64,000 nt of DNA. It comes from an uncultured Holophagales bacterium. Its GTDB lineage: Bacteria; Acidobacteriota; Thermoanaerobaculia; Multivoradales; UBA5704. The translations under genes were made by a program, and so were the position numbers. How positions within the stretch are numbered: the first letter of the stretch is position 1; the number at the start of each line of letters is the position of its first letter. Positions 1 to 9,579 of the stretch are shown in pieces. The stretch covers positions 384,001 to 448,000 of the forward strand of contig CAWJGT010000019.1 of NCBI GenBank assembly GCA_963842525.1, written 5' to 3'. Below the pieces are notes generated by a model. That model made no database searches. It had not been told where the DNA came from and saw only the letters and a program-made list of their open reading frames with translations.

Positions 1-466
1 GGTCCTGCCGCTCCATGTGCCGGTGTTCGCCCAGGCCGGACCGGTGCTGCTGCCGCCGTTCTTCCCCGAGCCGATGAACAAGTGGCTGCTCGCCCGCGAG
101 CAGCGCGAGAACCAGGTGCAGGTGCCCTACCCCTTCCTGCAGCAGGACCAGCCGTACATCCCGTCGTCGAAGCCGGTGCTCGGCTCCGAGCAGGAGTCCG
201 CACTGTCGCTGGTGGCCTACAACCTGCCCGCCGGGGAGCTCAAGGCACAGTCCAAGGTGTTCTCCCGGGACGGCAAGGAGCTCGGCGCCGGGGAGCTCCG
301 GCTGCTCGGACGCGAGAGCGGCTCGCCCGACCGCCTGAAGGCCACCTTCCGGCCGCCGCGGCTCGAGCCGGGCGAATACCGGCTCCAGGTGACCCTGGTG
401 GATGCCAGCGGGGCTTCCCAGACCAGCTCCACCCCCTTCGTCGTCGGCAAAGGCGCGAGCGGCTAG
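1..466 (+). CDS. C-terminal part of a VWA-domain protein paralog (5' end outside the window)
   Basis: PVLLPPFFPE...YPF...YIP...LKATFRPP...GEYRLQVT aligns with the C-terminus of the downstream 476-2647 protein. Confidence 0.75.
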   Translation, partial: VLPLHVPVFAQAGPVLLPPFFPEPMNKWLLAREQRENQVQVPYPFLQQDQPYIPSSKPVLGSEQESALSLVAYNLPAGELKAQSKVFSRDGKELGAGELRLLGRESGSPDRLKATFRPPRLEPGEYRLQVTLVDASGASQTSSTPFVVGKGASG

Positions 467-475
467 GAGACGACA

Positions 476-2647
476 ATGCGAACCGCAACGATGCTCTCCA
501 GGACCGTGCTCGCCGGCTGCGCCCTCTGGGCGGGGGCCGCGGGCGTGGCGCAGGCTGCCGAACAGAAGACCTTCAGCGACGTCACCGAGGTCACCGCTGT
601 CGAGATCCCGGTCCAGGTGGTCCAGAACGGCGAGCCCGTCCGCGGCCTCAAGGCCGAGGACTTCGAGGTCTTCGACGGGCGCAAGCGCCAGCCGGTCACC
701 GGCTTCGAGGTGCTCGACCTCGAGATCCCCGCCGCCGGCCCGCGTGCGCAAGCCGTCGCGGCCACGGCGCGGCGCCGCTTCCTCCTCCTCTTCGACCTCT
801 CCTTTTCCCGCCAGGAGGCGGTCACCCGGGCGCGCGGCGCCGCCCGCCAGGTGCTCGGCAAGCTCCACGCGAGCGACCTGGTGGGCGTGGCGACCTTCAG
901 CTTCGCGAAGGGGCCGCAGATGGTCCTCGGCTTCACGGCCGACCGCGCGCAGGTGGAGGCGGCCCTCGACCGGCTCGACTTCGTGGAGCGGCGCGGCGAT
1001 CCTCTCCGGCTGACCTTCATGAGCGAGGGCCTGACCTTCGGCTCGGACGTGATGAAGCCGGAGACCAGCCGCGGTCCCGCCGGGAGGGCGGCGGACGCGA
1101 TCGAAGCGAAGGAGGCGGCGGAAGGGACGCCGGCTGCGGCGCCGGTCATCACCCTGCCGGACATGGGGACCTTCAGCGGCAACAGGAAGGCTGCCCGGGA
1201 CGCCGAAAAGAGCGACCTCGTGGCCTTCACCCAGGCGCTCGGCGCCTTCTCCAAGGCGCTGGGCGACGTCCGCGGGCGCAAATACGTCGTCTTCCTGTCC
1301 GAGGGGTTCAAGAGCAACATCATCCTGGGCACGGACAACCCGGATGAGGTCGAGGCCATGAACACCTCCTCGATGCGCGGCGACGTCTGGAACATCGACT
1401 CCGACCGCCGGTTCGGCAGCACGGGGGCGACCAACGCCCTGGAGGGCATGCTCCAGGAGATGCGCCGCGCCGACTGCATCGTCCAGGCCGTGGACATCGG
1501 CGGCGCGCGCATCGACGACGCCATGGGGCAGGACGGGCTCTTCATCATGGCCCAGTCCACGGGCGGCGACCTCTACCGCAACTTCAACGACCTCTCGGCG
1601 GCCATGGGGCAGATGCTCAGGAAGACGAGCGTCACCTACGTCCTCTCCTTCCAGCCGGACGGCCTGAAGCGCGACGGCTCCTACCACCAGGTACGGGTGG
1701 AGCTGAAGAGCGGCCCCAAGGGGGCGCGGGTCGTCCACCGGCCCGGTTACTACGCGCCGCGGCCGTACGCGGAGCAGAGCGGGCTGGAGAAGATGCTCGA
1801 CACCGCCAGCCGGGTGGTGAGCGGCCAGGACGGCGGCCCGGTCGGCCTGTCCGTGCTGGCGGCGCCCTTCCGCATGCCGGAAGGCAAGGCCTACGTGCCG
1901 GTGATCCTCGAAGTCGACGGCACGTCTCTCCTCGCCGGCCTGGACGGCGCGCTCCTGCCGGCCGAGGTCTACGCCTATGCGCTGGACGGCAACGGCGTCG
2001 TCCAGGACTACTTCGCACAGAACCTGGGCCTGGACCTCGCCAAGGCCGGACCGGGCCTGCAGAACCGCGGCCTGAAGTTCTTCGGCCACCTCGACCTGGT
2101 GCCCGGGGAGTATTCGCTGCGCGTCCTGGTGCGCAACGGCAAGACCGGGAGCTTCGGCATGCGGGTGGTCTCGATGCAGGTCCCCGCCTTCAGCGCCGCC
2201 GATCCCGTCCTGCTGCCGCCGTTGTTCCCCGACACGCAGCAGGACCGCTGGCTGATCGTGCGCGAGACGCCGCGCGGGGAGGCGCGCGAGGTCGCCTATC
2301 CCTTCATGGCCGGCGAACGGCCGTACGTGCCCGCCTCGCTGCCGGTCCTGGCCGCGGGCACCGAGGTCCCGCTGGCCCTGGTCGGCTACCACCTGCGGCC
2401 CGGGCAGCTCGCGGCCGAGACGCGCATCCTGACCGCCGACGGCCGCGAAGCGGGCGTCGGGCAGATCCGCGTCCTCTCCCGGCACGGCGGCGCGGCGAAA
2501 CCGGACCAGCTCGTGGCGACCTTCCGGCCGCCGCCCGCCCTGGCGGCCGGCGACTACCTGCTGCTGATCACCGTGACCGACACGACCGGCGCGACCCAGA
2601 CGAGCGCCGGGTCCTTCCGGATCGCGCAGCAGGGAGGGCCCGGATAG
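476..2647 (+). CDS. Acidobacterial-type VWA domain protein, secreted
   Basis: Signal peptide; VEIPVQVVQNGEPVRGLKAEDFEVFD N-terminus; LLFDLSFS, RKYVVFLSEG, STGG and YVLSFQP...YHQVRVEL...RPGYY motifs. Confidence 0.8.
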   Translation: MRTATMLSRTVLAGCALWAGAAGVAQAAEQKTFSDVTEVTAVEIPVQVVQNGEPVRGLKAEDFEVFDGRKRQPVTGFEVLDLEIPAAGPRAQAVAATARRRFLLLFDLSFSRQEAVTRARGAARQVLGKLHASDLVGVATFSFAKGPQMVLGFTADRAQVEAALDRLDFVERRGDPLRLTFMSEGLTFGSDVMKPETSRGPAGRAADAIEAKEAAEGTPAAAPVITLPDMGTFSGNRKAARDAEKSDLVAFTQALGAFSKALGDVRGRKYVVFLSEGFKSNIILGTDNPDEVEAMNTSSMRGDVWNIDSDRRFGSTGATNALEGMLQEMRRADCIVQAVDIGGARIDDAMGQDGLFIMAQSTGGDLYRNFNDLSAAMGQMLRKTSVTYVLSFQPDGLKRDGSYHQVRVELKSGPKGARVVHRPGYYAPRPYAEQSGLEKMLDTASRVVSGQDGGPVGLSVLAAPFRMPEGKAYVPVILEVDGTSLLAGLDGALLPAEVYAYALDGNGVVQDYFAQNLGLDLAKAGPGLQNRGLKFFGHLDLVPGEYSLRVLVRNGKTGSFGMRVVSMQVPAFSAADPVLLPPLFPDTQQDRWLIVRETPRGEAREVAYPFMAGERPYVPASLPVLAAGTEVPLALVGYHLRPGQLAAETRILTADGREAGVGQIRVLSRHGGAAKPDQLVATFRPPPALAAGDYLLLITVTDTTGATQTSAGSFRIAQQGGPG

Positions 2648-2652
2648 CGGGC

Positions 2653-3852
2653 GTGGCGGCGGCGCCCACCGAAGCGCGCCTCTGGCTGAAGCCTGGGCGG
2701 GACAAGAGCGTCCGCGAGGGGCACCCGTGGATCTTCTCCGGCGCCGTGGCGCGGCTGGAGGGCCCGGAAGACGCGCCCCTCGCCCGCGTTTTCGACGCCG
2801 CCGGCCGCCTCCTCGGCCTCGGCTTCTACAGCCCGCGGTCGCAGATCCGTGTCCGCATGCTCGGAGCCGGGGTGGAGGAGGTGGCCCCTGCCTTCTTCCA
2901 GGCCCGGTTGGACGAGGCCATGGTCCTCCGCCGCGCCGTGGTCCCTGCGGACACGACCGGCTACCGCCTGCTCAATGCCGAAGGGGACGGCGTGCCCGGC
3001 TGGACCGTCGATCGCTTCGGCGACGTGCTGGTCAGCCAGGTGACCGTCGCCGGCCTCGAAACGCTCCGCGGCGAGGCCTACGCCGCCCTGCGCGGCCTCT
3101 TTCCGGAGAGCCCGATCCTCCAAGCCAACGACCTGCCGTCGCGGCGGGCCGAGGGGCTGTCCCTGGAGGACGAGCCAATCACGGAGATATCGGGAGACGC
3201 ACCGGCCGAGGTCCCCTTCACCGAGTCCGGCCTGTGCTTCACGGCCGAGCTCGCCGGACAGAAGACCGGCTTCTACTGCGACCAGCGGGAGAACCGGCGC
3301 CTGGCCGAAACCCTGGCCGGAGGGCGGACGGTCCTCGACCTCTTCGCCTATACCGGCGCCTTCGGCGTCTACGCCCTGCGCGGCGGAGCGGCGCGCGTGA
3401 CCCACGTCGAGTCCTCGGCTCGCCTGGCCGAACGGGGGATGGCCCAGGTCGAGCGCAACGGCCTGGACACCAGCCGTGTCGAATGGGTCAAGGCCAACGT
3501 CTTCCAGGACCTGCGGCAGAGGACCGAGCGCTACGGCCTGATCATTTGCGATCCGCCGCCGCTGGTGCGCAAGAAGCCCGACCTGGACGCCGCGGCACGC
3601 GCCTACAAGGACCTGAACCGTCTGGCCCTGGGCCGGGTGGAGCCGGGCGGCTTCCTCCTCACCTTCAGTTGCAGTGGCGCCGTGGACACCAAGCTCTTCC
3701 GCCAGATCTTTTTCGCCGCCGCCGTCGAAGCCGGCGTCCGCGTTGCCCTCCTGCGTCCCCTCGCCGCCGCGCCGGATCATCCGGTGGCGATCACCCATCC
3801 GCAGGGCGAATACCTGAAAGGGTGGTGGGCGGCGGTGACCGGGCCGGTGTGA
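2653..3852 (+). CDS. rlmI: 23S rRNA m5C1962 methyltransferase (RlmI family)
   Basis: PUA-like GHPWIFSG, EGDGVPG, GQKTGFYCDQRENR, LDLFAYTGAF, DPPP, FSCS, GEYLK motifs. Confidence 0.88.
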   Translation: MAAAPTEARLWLKPGRDKSVREGHPWIFSGAVARLEGPEDAPLARVFDAAGRLLGLGFYSPRSQIRVRMLGAGVEEVAPAFFQARLDEAMVLRRAVVPADTTGYRLLNAEGDGVPGWTVDRFGDVLVSQVTVAGLETLRGEAYAALRGLFPESPILQANDLPSRRAEGLSLEDEPITEISGDAPAEVPFTESGLCFTAELAGQKTGFYCDQRENRRLAETLAGGRTVLDLFAYTGAFGVYALRGGAARVTHVESSARLAERGMAQVERNGLDTSRVEWVKANVFQDLRQRTERYGLIICDPPPLVRKKPDLDAAARAYKDLNRLALGRVEPGGFLLTFSCSGAVDTKLFRQIFFAAAVEAGVRVALLRPLAAAPDHPVAITHPQGEYLKGWWAAVTGPV

Positions 3853-3921
3853 GGCAGGGTGTCCCGTAGCAGCGGGGGGCCTCACCTTTCAGGGTAGAGG
3901 TCCCAAGAAAGGAGAGGAGCG

Positions 3922-4092
3922 ATGAAGAAGAGGGTGAAAAAGTTGAGCCTCAGCCGTGAAACGGTGCGCCTGCTCGAGAGCGAGGCGGTGCAGGAGGCGA
4001 AGGGCGCCGTGAGCACCTCCTGCTGGAGCGACTGCTACTGCACCAACTACTCCGCATGTTGCGGCGGCGGCGGAACGCAGCTCTGCTGGTAG
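3922..4092 (+). CDS. Cys-rich RiPP (lanthipeptide-like) precursor, 56 aa; not in the ORF track
   Basis: Manual translation MKKRVKKLSLSRETVRLLESEAVQEAKGA-VSTSCWSDCYCTNYSACCGGGGTQLCW; strong RBS AAAGGAGAGG upstream; hairpin downstream. Confidence 0.8.
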   Translation: MKKRVKKLSLSRETVRLLESEAVQEAKGAVSTSCWSDCYCTNYSACCGGGGTQLCW

Positions 4093-4103
4093 TCCTCGAA
4101 CCG

Positions 4104-4142
4104 GGACGTTGACGGTCCCCTTCCACCGGGCCGTCAACGTCC
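4104..4142 (+). terminator. Stem-loop after the precursor gene
   Basis: GGACGTTGACGG...CCGTCAACGTCC 12-bp perfect inverted repeat; no strong U-tract. Confidence 0.55.
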
Positions 4143-4309
4143 GCCTGCCTCGTCGCTTTTCGCCCATCCCTTGGCGCGCTCCACTGCCTTGGCCCACAGC
4201 GCGCGCAGCAGGTCCGCCACACCTGCCTGGATGCGGCCATAGGTCACACTGGCGGTCTCTTGAGGCTCGTCTGTTGCCCTCGGGAGGTAGATGGGCCTAT
4301 GATTGGGAT

Positions 4310-4534
4310 ATGAAAGCCGTCACAGGTACCATCGTACACGGTAGAATTGAGGTTCCAGTAGATTTTGCGGCTGAGGGAGCCCAGGTCGTCGTGCTGGCTC
4401 CCGAGTCCGGCGGGCCCATCCTGCTTTCCCAGGCCGAGGAGAGAGAGCTCTTGGAAGCGATGGAAGAGATTCGCCGAGGTGAGTATGTGACCGGTGAAGA
4501 CCTTCTGAGTGAGCTGCGCTCTCTGCGGTCTTGA
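4310..4534 (+). CDS. Putative type II antitoxin
   Basis: 74-aa acidic protein (MKAVTGTIVHGRIEVP...EERELLEAMEEIRRGEYV) overlapping a ParE-like gene. Confidence 0.6.
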   Translation: MKAVTGTIVHGRIEVPVDFAAEGAQVVVLAPESGGPILLSQAEERELLEAMEEIRRGEYVTGEDLLSELRSLRS

Positions 4535-4753
4535 GATTTCGCATCCGGGTTTCTCCTCGCGCAGCCACTCAGATCCGCGTTGCCGCGAGAGGGTGGTCCG
4601 AAAACCGCCCGAAGGCTCCAGAGGCCTTAAGTTCGGCGGGTTCTCTTGGGGCGCATCCGCTACCAACTCTATTACAGCGTCTCACACGAGAGCGGGACGA
4701 TCGAGATCCTGACGCTCTGGCACACAAGCCGAGGTAGCTCGCCGAAGCTCTAG
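4531..4753 (+). pseudogene. RelE/ParE toxin with apparent internal deletion and frameshift
   Basis: Frame 1 MRFRIRVSPRAATQIRVAARGWSENRPKAP; frame 2 from 4631 VRRVLLGRIRYQLYYSVSHESGTIEILTLWHTSRGSSPKL*; middle segment appears missing. Confidence 0.65.
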
Positions 4754-4786
4754 CGGCTACAAGGGCCCGAAAGGTCTCTCGAAGCC

Positions 4787-6274
4787 TCAGGGCTGCGCCC
4801 AGCCGCTGGCGCGCTCCACGGCCCGTCCCCACAGCGCACGCATCCCGGCCGCCTTGTCCGCGCCCATGGCAGGCTCGAAAATCCTTTCCACCCGCCAGCG
4901 GGCGGCGATCTCGTCGAGGTCCTTCCACAGGCCGACGCCCAGGCCGGCAAGGTAGGCGGCGCCCAGGGCGGTGGTTTCGGGCAGGGCGGGCCGGACCACC
5001 GGCACACCCATGAGGTCGGCCTGGAGCTGCATCAGCAGGTCGTTGGTGGCGGCGCCGCCGTCGACGCGCAGCTCGGTCAGCCGGACGCCCGAGTCCGCCT
5101 CCATGGCGCTCAGCAGGTCCGCCACCTGGAGGGCGATGCTCTCCAGGGCCGCGCGGGCGATGTGCCCGGCCGTGGTGCCGCGGGTGATGCCGACCAGGAT
5201 GCCGCGGGCGTACGGATCCCAATGCGGCGCGCCGAGGCCGGTGAAGGCGGGGACCATAACGACACCGCCGGAGTCGGGAACGCTCGCCGCCAGCGCCTCG
5301 ACCTCGCCGGAGGAGCGGATGAGACCGAGGCCGTCCCGCAGCCACTGCACGACCGCGCCGCCGACGAAGACGCTCCCTTCGAGCGCGTAGTCGGTCCGGT
5401 CCCCCAGCCGCCAGGCCGGCGTGGTGAGCAGCTTGTTGGCCGAGGGGACCGGACGGCCCGTGTTCAGGAGCAGGAAGCAACCGGTGCCATAGGTGTTCTT
5501 GGCCATCCCGGGCCGGATGCAGGCCTGGCCGAAGAGCGCGGCCTGCTGGTCGCCGGCAACTCCCGCGATGGGGATGGGCCCGCCGAGCAGGCCGGTGGCG
5601 GTCTCGGCGTAGACCTCACTCGACGAGCGGACCTCGGGGAGCATCGCTCGGGGCACACCGAGGAGGCGCAGCAGCTCCTCGTCCCAGGTGCCCGTGTGGA
5701 TGTCGAAAAGCAGCGTGCGCGAGGCGTTGGTCACATCGGTGACATGCAGCGCGCCGCCCGTCAGGTTCCAGATCAGCCAGGAATCGACGGTGCCGAACGC
5801 GAGCCGGCCGGCCTCGGCCCCTTCGCGAGCCCCGGGCACGTTGTCCAGGATCCAGGCGAGCTTGGTGCCGGAGAAGTAGGGGTCGAGCAGCAGGCCGGTC
5901 TTCTCACGAAAGAGCGGCTCGCGGCCGTCATGGCGTAACTGATCGCAGAGGCCGGCGGTGCGGCGGTCCTGCCAGACGATGGCATTGCCAACCGGGCGCC
6001 CCGTGGCGCGGTCCCAGACCACCACCGTCTCCCGCTGGTTGGTGATACCGATCGCGGCGATATCCCCGGCGGTCAGCCCGGCCCGGGCCAAAGCCTCGGC
6101 CGCGACGCCGATCTGCGACGCCCAGATCTCCATCGGGTCGTGCTCGACCCAGCCCGGCTGCGGAAAGATCTGCCGGAACTCCCGCTGGGCAAGGGCGACG
6201 ACGGTGCCCTCCTCGTCGAAGACGAGCGCGCGCGAGCTGGTAGTCCCCTGGTCGAGAGCGAGGATATGCGGCAC
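4787..6274 (-). CDS. glpK: Glycerol kinase
   Basis: [57 protein letters not shown]; GTG start at 6274. Confidence 0.95.
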   Translation of the reverse strand: MPHILALDQGTTSSRALVFDEEGTVVALAQREFRQIFPQPGWVEHDPMEIWASQIGVAAEALARAGLTAGDIAAIGITNQRETVVVWDRATGRPVGNAIVWQDRRTAGLCDQLRHDGREPLFREKTGLLLDPYFSGTKLAWILDNVPGAREGAEAGRLAFGTVDSWLIWNLTGGALHVTDVTNASRTLLFDIHTGTWDEELLRLLGVPRAMLPEVRSSSEVYAETATGLLGGPIPIAGVAGDQQAALFGQACIRPGMAKNTYGTGCFLLLNTGRPVPSANKLLTTPAWRLGDRTDYALEGSVFVGGAVVQWLRDGLGLIRSSGEVEALAASVPDSGGVVMVPAFTGLGAPHWDPYARGILVGITRGTTAGHIARAALESIALQVADLLSAMEADSGVRLTELRVDGGAATNDLLMQLQADLMGVPVVRPALPETTALGAAYLAGLGVGLWKDLDEIAARWRVERIFEPAMGADKAAGMRALWGRAVERASGWAQP

Positions 6275-6301
6275 GGCACGTACTATACCGGCCCGCAGCG
6301 C

Positions 6302-6390
6302 GTAGAGACGCCCTAGTCCACGACCACCACGCTTGTGGCAACCCCTGCGGCCAGGGCGTCTCCAAGGCCCCCGCAACCTCCAACGCCCCG
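6302..6390 (+). repeat. GTAG-type REP-like palindromic element, copy 1
   Basis: GTAGAGACGCCCT...AGGGCGTCTC stem; similar to the reverse complement of 9291-9377. Confidence 0.65.
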
Positions 6391-6730
6391 CCAATGCCAC
6401 ACGGTCCCGCCAGCATGGCACCAAACCTTTGCCAACATCCCGGCGTCTCTACGGGTGGCGGTGGCGAGACTTAAACTGTTGCTTTGACATCCTAAGGCTT
6501 CGTTGCCTACCGGACATCGCGGTCCAGATCGCGCACTTCGCCCTCCATACCTGGGACGGCAGCGGCACCACACCCAGAACGGCGGACCTGGCTCGCACCT
6601 CTCCTCAGCGTACTATCGGCAACGCCGTCCGCTCTCGGCGGAGCGATGCCTCCACAAAGGGCGTACGGCACCAGGTCCGGCGGCATCGCCGCAGCGCCGA
6701 GCCTGCCGCGCACCGCACTCGAGGCCTCGC

Positions 6731-7003
6731 GGACCCGAGTCAACGTGGCGTTTCCTACAGTCAATGCTTGAAAGCCCCGGGTCCGCGGGCCGTTTCCTTT
6801 AGTCCATGCTACAGGGACCCGAGTCAATGGCCCGTTTCCTGTAGTACCTGCTACAGGGACCCGAGTCAACGTGCCATTTCCTTTAGTCAATGCTTGAGGG
6901 ACCCGAGTCAACGTGCCGTTTCCTTTAGTCCGTGCTACAGGGACCGCGGTCAACGAGGCGTTTCCTTTAGTCAATGCTTGAGGCACCGCGGTCCGCGAGG
7001 CTT
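6731..7003. repeat. Degenerate tandem array with a 42-bp period, ~6.5 units
   Basis: (G/A)TTTCCT at 6750, 6792, 6834, 6876, 6918, 6960; consensus approx. GGGACCCGAGTCAACGTGCCGTTTCCTTTAGTCAATGCTTGA. Confidence 0.85.
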
Positions 7004-7320
7004 GAAATGGGGACCATGTCTCTCGGAGGCGACACAACGAGCCCTTGGACGAAGACGATGCCTCTTCGAGCGGGCCTGGGATGACGAAGGAAGCTCTCCT
7101 CGCCTGCTGCTGTGCACTCGGCCATCCTCACAATTTGGCGGCTTGGAGAGGTCGACGCACTGCCTGCAGGAACATACCCCGCACAGCTACACGCCACAAT
7201 CACAGGTAGCCCGCAACCGGATGACATCGGCAAGGTGGTCTTCGCCATTGACCGGGCTTTTCGCTTCGACCTCAAGAAGGTTCAACCTCAAAAGTAGGCG
7301 GCGAGGAGATGGGCGAGAAG

Positions 7321-7361
7321 AAAAGGGAGCCCGGAGCGCCATGCGGCGCCCCGGGCTTCCC
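7321..7361 (-). terminator. Rho-independent terminator of the 7388-7600 precursor gene
   Basis: GC hairpin GGGAGCCCGGAGCGCC/GGCGCCCCGGGCTTCCC followed by a T-rich tract on the minus strand. Confidence 0.65.
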
Positions 7362-7387
7362 GGAAACCGTCGGGAGGCGGCTGGGCT

Positions 7388-7600
7388 TCACACCCCTTGG
7401 CAGTACCACTGACCGCACTCGGACGGGCAGCTCTGCTGGGTGATGGTGATGGGGCAGTTACAGTAGGTCACGAAGCAGGTCTGGGTCTGTGGGCAGATGC
7501 GCTCCGAGGCTCCCCCCTGAACGGCGGACATCTCCCCCGAGTTGAGGTACCGGAGGGTCTCACGGTTCAGGGTCAGGCGGAGTTTCACGGTCCTTTTCAT
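7388..7600 (-). CDS. Cys-rich RiPP (lanthipeptide-like) precursor, 70 aa
   Basis: MKRTVKLRLTLNRETLRYLNSGEMSAVQGG-ASERICPQTQTCFVTYCNCPITITQQSCPSECGQWYCQGV; double-Gly site; RBS GAAAGAGAG; terminator. Confidence 0.8.
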   Translation of the reverse strand: MKRTVKLRLTLNRETLRYLNSGEMSAVQGGASERICPQTQTCFVTYCNCPITITQQSCPSECGQWYCQGV

Positions 7601-7870
7601 GACGGTCGGCTCTCTTTCCGATCCCGGGACGGATTTGTCCACGAGAGCTCCCGAAGAAGGGGGCTATAGAGGGATGCGGATTCCGGGCGCGAGAGGGGCC
7701 AAGCCCGCCGCAAAGAGATCTACCGCAAGTTCTCTTGAGCCCCGGAGAAGACCCCGCCGGGATGCTTATCGTCCTTCACCAGTCGCGTTGACTCTCTCAA
7801 GACGGGGGGCGTATCCTTCTTCAAGTTGAGGCTCTCGTGGAGGGTGCGTGATGCAGACCAGGATTTCAGC

Positions 7871-8335
7871 ATGCAACTAATCAGAGATCTCGAAAAGACC
7901 AGGGACGAGACGCTGCAACACTTCTCGCTCGACGAGCGTGACCTGGCGCGCACCTACTCGCCAGGCAAGTGGTCCGTCCGGTTTGTCCTCCACCACCTCG
8001 CTGATAGCGAGACGGTTCTCTTCGATCGCATTCGCCGAGTCCTCAGCGAACCTCGGCAGGTCCTTTGGGTCTTTGATGAGGATGCTTGGGCCAAGGGGCT
8101 CGACTATTCTCAAGTGCCCCTCGACATCTCGCGGCGGGTCTACGAATCGGTTCGCAATGCAATCATCTACTACGCCGGCCTGCACTACGAAAGCAAAGGC
8201 CACCTCGAGTTCGTGCACAGTGTGACGGGGGTGCGGACATTAAAGGATGAATTCGACAAGGTCGCCTCTCATAATGAGCATCACCTGGCCCAGATCAGGT
8301 TGGCGCTGCAGGGCTTTCCCGGTCCCCGGGGATGA
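7871..8335 (+). CDS. DinB/YfiT-family protein
   Basis: [17 protein letters not shown] ... HNEHHLAQI His motifs. Confidence 0.85.
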   Translation: MQLIRDLEKTRDETLQHFSLDERDLARTYSPGKWSVRFVLHHLADSETVLFDRIRRVLSEPRQVLWVFDEDAWAKGLDYSQVPLDISRRVYESVRNAIIYYAGLHYESKGHLEFVHSVTGVRTLKDEFDKVASHNEHHLAQIRLALQGFPGPRG

Positions 8336-8547
8336 TGGGAAGCGACCGAGGGTTCCCCCAGGTCAATCTCGGCGAAGAATCGGCAACACGAGATGAGCAC
8401 GCGACCCTCGGCCTGAGCCCGAGCAAAGATGACCACGTCATCTTCCTTCTGAAGCCCATAGTCCCGCACATGAACCGCGTCGGAGCCGGCTTGCCGCAAG
8501 CCTTCGGCTACGAGCGGTGAGAGGGCGTTGTCGATCAGGAACTTCAC
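8281..8547 (-). pseudogene. DUF5615-type PIN toxin, C-terminally truncated
   Basis: [32 protein letters not shown]...[18 protein letters not shown], then loses the expected xDxDF continuation. Confidence 0.65.
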
Positions 8548-8774
8548 GACGCCCGAAGGAGGGGGAGCTCGCGTTCGCGAACGGCTTCCGCGGCGAACAG
8601 AAGGGCTTCGCGGATGTCCTCGGCTTCGAGGTCCGGATAGGCTTCCAGGATCTCCTCAGTGCTCATCCGGTCTGCCAGCATCGCGACCACTGTCGCGACT
8701 GGGATGCGGAGCCCTCGGATACAAGGCGCGCCGCCCATCTGGGCTGGGGAGATCGTAATCCGTGTGAAGGTCAT
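8544..8774 (-). CDS. DUF433 antitoxin-like protein
   Basis: [26 protein letters not shown]...[13 protein letters not shown]. Confidence 0.9.
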   Translation of the reverse strand: MTFTRITISPAQMGGAPCIRGLRIPVATVVAMLADRMSTEEILEAYPDLEAEDIREALLFAAEAVRERELPLLRAS

Positions 8775-8896
8775 CCGTGTTCCTCCGTGCTTGATTCTAC
8801 CGCAACCTCCCCGCTTGGTGCAGGCCCCGGACATGCGGCCAGCGGGGCCACTGGGGTAGGATCGACGTCCTGATGAGGTCACTGGAGGTGAGCGAG

Positions 8897-9124
8897 ATGG
8901 AACCAAAGCCGGAAAGAGACGTCGAGAAGGGTTATCCAAAGGCAGACTTCGTCGCAAAATTGCGGCGCCTGGCGGACGCCATTGAGAATGGTGAGCGCTT
9001 CGAGATCCAGATTGCTGGCGAGCGCATCTATGTCCCTGTCAGGGCCACTTTCAACATCGAGCACGAGAGGTCCGATGGCGAAGAAGAGATCGAGTTTCAG
9101 ATCAAGTGGGAAGCGGTAGCCTAG
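8897..9124 (+). CDS. Amphi-Trp domain protein
   Basis: FVAKLRRLADAIENGERFEIQIAGERIYVP...EEEIEFQIKW. Confidence 0.85.
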   Translation: MEPKPERDVEKGYPKADFVAKLRRLADAIENGERFEIQIAGERIYVPVRATFNIEHERSDGEEEIEFQIKWEAVA

Positions 9125-9290
9125 CCCGTTCCCACTGTCCTCTCCGCCACCACGGTGTTCAGGGCGTCTCTCTCCCCGTCACCACAGCGGCATCGACCTC
9201 ACGCCCGGATCACCGCGGTCCGGCGCCGGTCGCCTGTCCCGTTCCCGCCAGGGCAGGTGCAGGCTGGCGAGGCCGGTGGGTGCGTTGACC

Positions 9291-9377
9291 GGGGGTGTTG
9301 GGGGTGGCGGGGGCCTTGGAGACGCCCTGGCCGCGGTGGTTGCCACACGCGCGGTGGTCGCGGACTAGGGCGTCTAC
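9291..9377 (-). repeat. GTAG-type REP-like element, copy 2 (inverted relative to 6302-6390)
   Basis: Reverse complement GTAGACGCCCTAGTCCGCGACCACC...CCAGGGCGTCTCCAAGGCCCCCGC matches copy 1. Confidence 0.65.
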
Positions 9378-9579
9378 GGGGTGGCCGGTGTGGTTGCGGC
9401 GGGGCCTGGCGGCCGGCATAACGTCTCTTCTTTCCGCTATTTACCGAATTTTTACACGTCTGGGCCGGTCCCCGGGATAACATATGGCCCCCGGTCTGCG
9501 TACACCAACCGGGTAGTAATGACGCCCGTGGTGTGCCAGTCGGACAGGGCCCGGAGATACGGGCAGGAGGAGCTCTCGG

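Noticed and set aside
6333-7412. 359-aa ORF with 14-aa repeats (and antisense 6507-7037)
   Set aside because: Open frames arise from the 42-bp repeat; no credible start, RBS or protein-like composition
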